A stretch of 34,168 nt of DNA from a virus. Taxonomy: Duplodnaviria; Heunggongvirae; Uroviricota; Caudoviricetes. A model generated the notes under the pieces. It was not told the DNA's origin, searched no databases, and saw only the letters and a program-made list of their open reading frames with translations. Below, in pieces: positions 9,086 to 14,970 of the stretch. The stretch's first letter is position 1. Every line of letters begins with the position of its first letter. The translations under genes and the position numbers were made by a program. The stretch covers positions 91,546 through 125,713 of IMG/VR virus record IMGVR_UViG_3300045996_000667. One strand, given 5' to 3'.

Positions 9086-9441
9086 CTATGACAGTCCCGC
9101 AGGCTGTCGAATTGAGCGAATGAAACACTCGACTTCTCTGTGGCAGTTGGCGCACAGAACTACGCATTTGAGTGCTTCTGATTTGGTTGCCTCCCATGAC
9201 CTAGTGAGGCCCTTGTAGGACAACCCAAACCCTTTTGACGATGAGTCCATGTGATGGAGGTCCAAAGCGTCTTCACACCTTGAATATCCGCACATGCTGC
9301 AAGAACGCCCCAGAAGGTCTAGGCACATCTGTCTCAGCTTGCGACGTCTCTTAGAGACTGCCTCGCTGACACATTTGGACAGCGATAGGAACCTTGTTTC
9401 TTGTATTCCTGCTCGCCGTGCTTCTTGCAAAACCTTCTCAT
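9086..9441 (-). pseudogene. HNH homing endonuclease with a single-base frameshift near 9375
   Basis: Frame 1 from ATG 9441 gives MRRFCKKHGEQEYKKQGSYRCP; the second frame gives KCVSEAVSKRRRK...CSMCGY...ALDLHH...CVVLCANCHRE. Span 356 nt, one base short of a whole number of codons. Confidence 0.75.
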
Positions 9442-9445
9442 CGTC

Positions 9446-9520
9446 TGGCTGGGGCGGGAGGATTCGAACCTCCGGTAGGCAGGGTAACAACCTGCTGCAT
9501 TACCGCTTTGCTACACCCCA
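9446..9520 (-). tRNA. tRNA-Asn(GTT) by anticodon; body resembles tRNA-Gln
   Basis: TGGGGTG/CGCCCCA acceptor, G73, CCA; anticodon arm GCAGG-TTGTTAC-CCTGC; T-arm GGAGG-TTCGAAT-CCTCC. Confidence 0.88.
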
Positions 9521-9527
9521 TCTGTTC

Positions 9528-9605
9528 TGGAGCGGCTGTCGGGATTCGAACCCGAACTCGCTGGGTGGAAGCCAGCTGTGCTTGGCCGTTAAACACTACG
9601 GCCGC
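9528..9605 (-). tRNA. tRNA-Gly(TCC)
   Basis: GCGGCCG/CAGCCGC acceptor, U73, CCA; anticodon arm GCTGG-CTTCCAC-CCAGC; T-arm TCGGG-TTCGAAT-CCCGA. Confidence 0.92.
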
Positions 9606-9612
9606 TCTGGCG

Positions 9613-9732
9613 CAACCTGGGAGAAGTTGTTAGGTGGCTAAACTGGCGTCTCACCACCTAACTGGCAGGATGAGATGCAGAATGGACCCAGGTTGGGCTA
9701 TCTTCAGGATAGCAACCTAAGCTAGGAAGGTT
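9613..9732. ncRNA. Candidate structured RNA (nested stems, pseudoknot), family unknown
   Basis: 9-bp outer stem 9613-9621/9687-9695, 9-bp inner stem 9629-9637/9654-9662, loop pairing 9646-9653 with 9671-9678, hairpin 9697-9713. Confidence 0.5.
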
Positions 9733-9780
9733 AGAGCTGGTAGGACTAAGTGCTTGGCGGGTAGTGGCTTACTTTGGTAC

Positions 9781-9808
9781 AAAACAAAAAGGGAGGCCGA
9801 AGCCTCCC
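9781..9808 (-). terminator. Rho-independent terminator of the XRE gene
   Basis: Minus strand GGGAGGC-TTCG-GCCTCCC (cUUCGg loop) followed by TTTTTGTTTT. Confidence 0.85.
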
Positions 9809-9835
9809 TCTTGTTGCCGCCGACGTGAGTCGGAT

Positions 9836-10240
9836 TTACCTAACGTTGACCTGTTGCGGTACCGGTGGTGTTGAGCCAGCGAGGGCGTCGTTCTGGGCCT
9901 TGAACCCCAACGCGATCGCTGTGATCTGCTTCTTCTGCACATCTGTGAGGTCCGGCCAGATCCGACGAAGCTCGGTATCCGGTGGGGCGAGGACCTTCTT
10001 GAAGGCCGCGCCATACTTGCTCGACACCTTCTCAGAAACGAGTAGCTGTCCCATTTCGACAGGGTCCAAGTCGAGTGCTCGACAGAGGCGCTCGTGAAAG
10101 TCTTCGCCAATGTTCGTCTCGCCCTTGAGGACCTTGCGGACGTGCTCGTAGGAATAATCGGTAGCCGACGCCAGGTCGCGGGGCATCAGGCCTTTCTCGT
10201 CAAGCCGTTTGCGAACCATTCCAGCGTATGTCTGCTGCAC
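9836..10240 (-). CDS. XRE-family HTH transcriptional regulator (candidate repressor)
   Basis: 'VRKRLDEKGLMPRDLASATDYSYEHVRKVLKGET...LCRALDLD'; GGGAG SD; divergent orientation. Confidence 0.8.
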   Translation of the reverse strand: MQQTYAGMVRKRLDEKGLMPRDLASATDYSYEHVRKVLKGETNIGEDFHERLCRALDLDPVEMGQLLVSEKVSSKYGAAFKKVLAPPDTELRRIWPDLTDVQKKQITAIALGFKAQNDALAGSTPPVPQQVNVR

Positions 10241-10259
10241 TATCGTTCTCCCTGCCGGT

Positions 10260-10289
10260 ATACTATGGGCTGTTGACCTGCCCTGTCAA
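10260..10289 (-). promoter_or_regulatory. Sigma70-like promoter for the XRE gene
   Basis: TTGACA-N18-TAGTAT with an upstream T-tract; TTGAC-N7-GTCAA palindrome covers the -35 and spacer. Confidence 0.55.
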
Positions 10290-10500
10290 TAAAAAAATGT
10301 ATTCTGTGTATTTCGTCTGCGAACACAGAATGCACTACGCGTGCCAAACCACTGAATGCTCACAAAACAGGTGTTTTTGGCCATTTTTGGCTGGTAGCAA
10401 AATGACAGTGTTGGCGTTCCATTCACAGATTTTGGCAACTTGATACACCTAACGCGTTAGGGCAAGTTTTCGTAGACCCTCTGTTAACCTGCTTCTACGA

Positions 10501-11268
10501 ATGCCCAGACGTTTTTTTGGCCGTAAAAACAGGGGGAAAATCCCCGCCCGGAAGCGGAAATCGACACGAGGAAAGTTCAGATCCAAGGCACCAGCCTCAA
10601 TGCTCGTCTCCAAGGGCCGCATCGTTATGATGCTGCCTCGGCGCCTCAGGTCCCCGAACCAGCGTGGCAACTGGCGTTCCGACCACGGAGAGCGGCAGGC
10701 CTGGGCGCTCCTGATAGCTAAAGCCGAATCGACCGTCGATTTCAATGAGACGAAGGTCCTATACGGAGGCTCGATCAAGCCTGTCAACACTCGGATGAAG
10801 CTCGAGATTATGCGCCTCGCGCCCAATCAGCGCTACATGATGGACGAGGACAATCTGGCCGCATCGACCAAACGCCTGCAGGACTCCCTGAAGGAGGCCG
10901 GCTACATCGTTGACGACAACCGACGCTGGCTGGAAGGCCCAGTCGTCACTCAGGGTGTCAGCGATGACAAGTGCTATTGGGTGATCGTCACCCTGTCGGA
11001 AGCTGCTGAGCTTGCCGTCTACGACTTCCCCGTCATCTCGCCTCGCGTTGAGGCTGCCAGAAAACTGAAAGCTGCTACCAAACGATGGACGACAATACCA
11101 AGCGTGTCATGTGGTCAACCGGAGACAACGAACAGGAAACTCCGCTTGATTTCTTCGAAAGCCTCAAAGCTCGATTCAGCTTCTACATCGACGTCGCCGC
11201 CGTCAAAGCGAATGCGAAATGCTACTACTACTACGGCCCTGACAGCGAAGAAGCGAAAGACTGCCTGA
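10501..11268 (+). CDS. rusA: RusA-like Holliday junction resolvase (start uncertain; C-terminal 60 aa overlap the dam gene)
   Basis: 'LPRRLRSPNQ', 'MDEDNLAASTKRLQDSLKEAGYIVDD' catalytic Asp pattern. Confidence 0.7.
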   Translation: MPRRFFGRKNRGKIPARKRKSTRGKFRSKAPASMLVSKGRIVMMLPRRLRSPNQRGNWRSDHGERQAWALLIAKAESTVDFNETKVLYGGSIKPVNTRMKLEIMRLAPNQRYMMDEDNLAASTKRLQDSLKEAGYIVDDNRRWLEGPVVTQGVSDDKCYWVIVTLSEAAELAVYDFPVISPRVEAARKLKAATKRWTTIPSVSCGQPETTNRKLRLISSKASKLDSASTSTSPPSKRMRNATTTTALTAKKRKTA

Positions 11269-11651
11269 CCGTCGACTGGCCGCGCCTAGCAAAGACTGGC
11301 ACGTGCTGGATGAATCCGCCCTACTCGGATGCTGAGCATCCGTGCAAGGCCGACCGCTCGAAGTGCAAGAAGAAGCGCTGCCAGAAGCGCGGCTATCACA
11401 TTGATCAGTACGTACCAGGCTGCTACGACTTCGTCAAGAAGGCTGCCGAGGAAGCTAGGAAGGGATCAGAGGTGGTATGCTTGCTAGCCGCCAGAACTGA
11501 CAATTCCTGGTGGCACGAGTTCGTCTACGACGCTGAGGCTCGGCGGTATCGGCCAGGAGTCTCCGTGGAGTTCATCCCGGGACGCCTGAAATTCAACGGT
11601 GCGAAGAACAGCGCGCCATTCCCCAGCGTCTTGGTCATTTTCCGGCCTTGA
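11085..11651 (+). CDS. dam: Phage DNA N-6-adenine methyltransferase (Dam-like)
   Basis: 'QETPLDFF', 'IDVAA', catalytic 'WMNPPYS', 'LLAARTDNSWWH', 'GRLKF', 'SAPFPSVLVIF'. Confidence 0.9.
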   Translation: MDDNTKRVMWSTGDNEQETPLDFFESLKARFSFYIDVAAVKANAKCYYYYGPDSEEAKDCLTVDWPRLAKTGTCWMNPPYSDAEHPCKADRSKCKKKRCQKRGYHIDQYVPGCYDFVKKAAEEARKGSEVVCLLAARTDNSWWHEFVYDAEARRYRPGVSVEFIPGRLKFNGAKNSAPFPSVLVIFRP

Positions 11652-11676
11652 CACACACAGTTAGCTTGTGTATTAT
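11648..11676 (+). promoter_or_regulatory. Sigma70 promoter with an embedded operator
   Basis: TTGACA-17-TATTAT; spacer carries CACAC-N9-GTGTA (11654-11672). Confidence 0.8.
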
Positions 11677-11681
11677 TTGCA

Positions 11682-11915
11682 ATGAGTCACGACTACGACA
11701 CTGGCGAGTATTTCGTCCGTCAGTTTGAAACACAGAAGGTCACGGTGGAATTCGCCTCCTGCCACACCGAAGAGGGCTTCGAGCTGTCCATTCAGGACAA
11801 CGACGAGGAATCTTCATTCGGAGAGAGCTATATCAACCTGCGCAATCTCGTCAAGAGCGACATCGAGTCGCTGCACAACATCCTCGGTGACATCCTCAGC
11901 GGGCTGAATCGCTAA
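11682..11915 (+). CDS. Hypothetical acidic protein (77 aa)
   Basis: First ORF after the promoter; TAATG-coupled to the next gene. Confidence 0.65.
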   Translation: MSHDYDTGEYFVRQFETQKVTVEFASCHTEEGFELSIQDNDEESSFGESYINLRNLVKSDIESLHNILGDILSGLNR

Positions 11916-13009
11916 TGGATCTGGTGGTCAATACCAAGGGGCTTGTCACAGAGCTGTCGTTCATCACGTCTGCGTTCAGGTCCAAGGACATCGGCCACCG
12001 GCCAGAAGTACTACTCACTGGCGGCGTCGGTCGTCTCGAGATGACGTTCGATGATGGCCGAACGCTCCTCAAGTCCAGCATCCCAGCTGAAGCCAACTTT
12101 GAAAGCTTGCACACTGTGCAACTGTTCTCGGACGTCCTGCTCGACTACCTGAAGCTGGTCAAGGACAAAGAGATTCGCCTAATGGCTGGTGATCGCAACA
12201 CGTCGGTCTGGCACGACGAGGGTTCGGTGGTTGTGCCGAACAAGCTCTACATCCAGCACCCGCGCGATATTCTCGACCAGGAAGTGGCCAGCGTCAGCGT
12301 GCCACGTGAGGCCATGTCAGCGCTGCTCTCCGCTGGAGCCTTCGCTGCCGTCAAGAGTACTCAGCCTCGCCTCGGCGGAACGCTCCTACAGACTCGGCCA
12401 GACCTTGTCAGAATGGTCGCCACCACGGGCTACGTCATCGCGGAAGTCAGTCAGACCCATCCCGTCGTCGCCACCCAAGACATCGTCATCCCGCCGATGG
12501 CTTTCGAGCAGCTCCGGAAGCTGGTAAAGGACGCGGACGGTGAGGCCGTCACCCTCCAGCGCCGGGAGAAGAACTTCGTCGCCTCGTGCGGTAGTCGCTA
12601 CTTTGCCATGGGCGTGGCCAATGGGCCATTCCCTATGAGCTATGAGAAGTTCTTTCCGGTTGACCCCGCTCACAAGATTGTCTTCGATGCGCCCATGCTG
12701 TCAGAGGCCATCAGTCGAGCGCTCGCCGTCTCCACCTCGAAGGAGCCGACTGTCGACCTGACCTTCGCAGGCACGGACATCACTGTGACGTCTGGCAACG
12801 GCTCTGAGACGCTGGCAGGAATCGCAGGCAATGCCAACCTGGCCTTCACGGTCAACGGGCAGTACCTGAAGGGCGTGCTGGACAACTCGCCGGCGCCGCA
12901 GATCGAAATGAAGGCCAATGACCCGCTGATGCCTCTGGAGTTCACGCCAGAATGGCCAGACGGACAGGCCCGCTACATCGTCACCACTATAAGGAAGACC
13001 AATGCTTAA
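11915..13009 (+). CDS. dnaN: DNA polymerase III beta sliding clamp-like protein
   Basis: 364 aa (three-domain clamp size); 'LGGTLL...RMVATTGY', 'GPFPMSYEKFFP', 'FTVNGQYLKGVL', 'YIVTTIR'. Confidence 0.8.
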   Translation: MDLVVNTKGLVTELSFITSAFRSKDIGHRPEVLLTGGVGRLEMTFDDGRTLLKSSIPAEANFESLHTVQLFSDVLLDYLKLVKDKEIRLMAGDRNTSVWHDEGSVVVPNKLYIQHPRDILDQEVASVSVPREAMSALLSAGAFAAVKSTQPRLGGTLLQTRPDLVRMVATTGYVIAEVSQTHPVVATQDIVIPPMAFEQLRKLVKDADGEAVTLQRREKNFVASCGSRYFAMGVANGPFPMSYEKFFPVDPAHKIVFDAPMLSEAISRALAVSTSKEPTVDLTFAGTDITVTSGNGSETLAGIAGNANLAFTVNGQYLKGVLDNSPAPQIEMKANDPLMPLEFTPEWPDGQARYIVTTIRKTNA

Positions 13010-13253
13010 AGAGGCAGAGTACCTGCAGCACATCAGGGATGCTCACGCGGCGCTGTCGCGGGCTGTCTTGATTGTTCAGGAGGAGCAGACGGACGAACAG
13101 TCTGTTGCAGAGGAACTGGGATATCGGTCAGCTCGGCTCGAGATTGCGCTGGACATCATCGAGATGGAGATCCCAGAGGTTCAGCAGGCCGAGGAACTGG
13201 CAGTTGTCGAGGCGTTGGCTGGGCACTGGCGCGGAGAGGTGAAGTCTGTATGA
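13002..13253 (+). CDS. Hypothetical helical protein (83 aa)
   Basis: Coupled overlaps at both ends; AGGAAG SD. Confidence 0.6.
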   Translation: MLKEAEYLQHIRDAHAALSRAVLIVQEEQTDEQSVAEELGYRSARLEIALDIIEMEIPEVQQAEELAVVEALAGHWRGEVKSV

Positions 13254-13801
13254 GCACTGGCGACCTCATGCCGCCTACGTACTGGACGTACTGCATGACT
13301 TGCGGACACCATCATCAGATTGGTTCTGTGTGTCCAACGCTAACGCTAGCGTTCAAGAACGTACTAAAGCCTCGTCAGGCTGAGATTACTGTCCTACCTG
13401 GCGGAACGCTGCCAGAGAGAGGCACGAAGAACAGCATCGGCTTCGACCTGTCAGCCTCGCAGGACATGATCATCGAGAACAGGCAGCATAAGCTTGTCCC
13501 TACTGGCCTGATTATCAAGCCGCCGCAGGGCTACTGGCTAATGCTCGCCGCTCGCAGCAGCCTGATCAAGCGAGGCCTGATCCTTGCCAACGGCATCGGC
13601 GTGGTCGACCCTGACTACTGCGGCCCCGAGGACGAGGTTCGAATCTCCCTCTACAACGTGACAGACGCCTGGTCTTACATCAAGAAGGGTGACAGGCTGG
13701 CACAGGGGATGTTCCTGCCAATTCCTGACAGCTTTGAGTGGCTGCAGAAGGAGCTGCCAGAAGGTGACAGCCGGGGCGGGTTTGGGAGCACTGGCCAGTG
13801 A
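13250..13801 (+). CDS. dut: Trimeric dUTPase with an N-terminal Cys/His extension
   Basis: Motifs 'GFDL', 'ARSSL', 'NGIGVVDPDYCG', 'DRLAQG', 'RGGFGSTG'. Confidence 0.95.
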   Translation: MSTGDLMPPTYWTYCMTCGHHHQIGSVCPTLTLAFKNVLKPRQAEITVLPGGTLPERGTKNSIGFDLSASQDMIIENRQHKLVPTGLIIKPPQGYWLMLAARSSLIKRGLILANGIGVVDPDYCGPEDEVRISLYNVTDAWSYIKKGDRLAQGMFLPIPDSFEWLQKELPEGDSRGGFGSTGQ

Positions 13802-13929
13802 AGATCTTGCTCTGGCAGTTGTTCCACATTCACAGGTGGGAGGGTTGGCTGGACGCCGACACTGACAGATCTATCAATCAGTACCGTCGTTGCACAAAGT
13901 GCAATGTCCGGCAGTGGAGGGTTGGATGA
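13798..13929 (+). CDS. Small Cys/His protein (43 aa)
   Basis: Hand translation MKILLWQLFHIHRWEGW...QYRRCTKCNVRQWRVG; GTGA and ATGA coupling at both ends. Confidence 0.55.
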   Translation: MKILLWQLFHIHRWEGWLDADTDRSINQYRRCTKCNVRQWRVG

Positions 13930-14123
13930 GATACCGCATTCGCACCAACGGCTCGACGTTCGAACCGCAGTGGTCCCGTTTCGGCATTGTCTGGACGCCG
14001 TTCAGTGTCCAGACTGGGGCCGAGACGATGGGCGTATGGCAATCCAGAAGCCAAGCCGAGGCGCAGGCCTACATCGACAGAGAGAAGGAAAATGATCGCC
14101 GCAGACAGTGGAGAACCATCTAA
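13926..14123 (+). CDS. Hypothetical protein (65 aa)
   Basis: ATG 13926 overlaps the preceding TGA; MRYRIRTNGSTFEPQW... Confidence 0.55.
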   Translation: MRYRIRTNGSTFEPQWSRFGIVWTPFSVQTGAETMGVWQSRSQAEAQAYIDREKENDRRRQWRTI

Positions 14124-14376
14124 CACGGCCAGGTTAATTAACGCGGCCAAGATAGCAGGCATGATGATGACGCAGTTCCTACTCATCACTGTCAACTATC
14201 GGATGGTGGCTCAGGGGTCGTACCTAGGGACGGCGGTCAGCGAGGTGGGTATCCTGCTTCTAGGCTGGACGCTGATTCGAAAGGTGTCGCAGTCTGACCG
14301 CTGGCAGGATCGGGTAGGGTACGTAACAGGTGGGCTGGCAGGCTCGATGCTGGGCCTGCTCTTAACAGGTGCCTAA
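14092..14376 (+). CDS. Small membrane protein
   Basis: AAGGA SD before ATG 14092; about three hydrophobic segments ending 'YVTGGLAGSMLGLLLT'. Confidence 0.55.
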   Translation: MIAADSGEPSNTARLINAAKIAGMMMTQFLLITVNYRMVAQGSYLGTAVSEVGILLLGWTLIRKVSQSDRWQDRVGYVTGGLAGSMLGLLLTGA

Positions 14377-14612
14377 TGAAGTGCAAGAAGCATCCGCGCT
14401 ATCAGGGTAAACGCCATCCCAAGGTCATCTGTGTACCTTGCTGGGCGTTCTTCTTTGCGGAGGAGACTAGGCGGGGCTGGGTGACGATGGCCAAGCAGGA
14501 GCTTGAGCGCATCAAAGCCAGCAATGGAGGCAAGGACCGTCCGACCTATAAGTGTACTAAGCCTCACCACAACTCTGATGTTTGCTACGGCTGCGATCCT
14601 TGGTATTGCTGA
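14376..14612 (+). CDS. Cys/His-rich hypothetical protein
   Basis: 'CKKHP...CVPC' and 'CTKPH...CYGC'; TAATG-coupled. Confidence 0.6.
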   Translation: MKCKKHPRYQGKRHPKVICVPCWAFFFAEETRRGWVTMAKQELERIKASNGGKDRPTYKCTKPHHNSDVCYGCDPWYC

Positions 14613-14614
14613 TA

Positions 14615-14674
14615 GTTCTGATAGATCCTAATAGACCTATCAGAACCAAACGCGATTTTTAAAACGCTTCGGCC
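14615..14674. terminator. Hairpin cluster between convergent transcription units
   Basis: GTTCTGATAG/CTATCAGAAC 10-bp inverted repeat (14615-14646) and GGCCC-CGAG-GGGCC (14661-14674) flanking an A/T tract. Confidence 0.5.
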
Positions 14675-14689
14675 CCGAGGGGCCTACGC

Positions 14690-14968
14690 TTACAGCTGAG
14701 TAACGTTAAGCGTAAATGAGCGCTCGATAATCTTGTCGCCAACAGTGGTAATCCTATTGGTAATCTCATAGGACTGACCGGCTGTCCCGCCTGACAGCAT
14801 GACCGACGTAGCGTTCTCGCTGAAGACAGAGTTCACCGCAACAATTCCAGTCGGCACATCCCACGTGCTTGTCACAATAGTGTCCCCAGACAGGAGACGA
14901 CTCCAGTTGATCGTGTAGTCGAGCCTGTCTGAGGGATCCTGATTCTTGGTTCCTAGGCTAGCTGCCAT
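14690..14968 (-). CDS. Phage fibre-tail adaptor-like protein
   Basis: 'QDPSDRLDYTINWSRLLSGDTIVTSTW...SGGTAGQSYEITNRITT...ERSF' family signature. Confidence 0.75.
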   Translation of the reverse strand: MAASLGTKNQDPSDRLDYTINWSRLLSGDTIVTSTWDVPTGIVAVNSVFSENATSVMLSGGTAGQSYEITNRITTVGDKIIERSFTLNVTQL

Positions 14969-14970
14969 CT

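Noticed and set aside
9442-9490. ORF-track start of the HNH gene at 9490
   Set aside because: Lies inside tRNA-Asn; a frameshifted start at 9441 explains the family N-terminus.
9613-9732. Theta/HDV-like, hammerhead or pistol ribozyme
   Set aside because: It lies 5' rather than 3' of the tRNAs. No P2 partner for the GAATGGACC segment and no CUGAUGA/GAAA core were found by eye.
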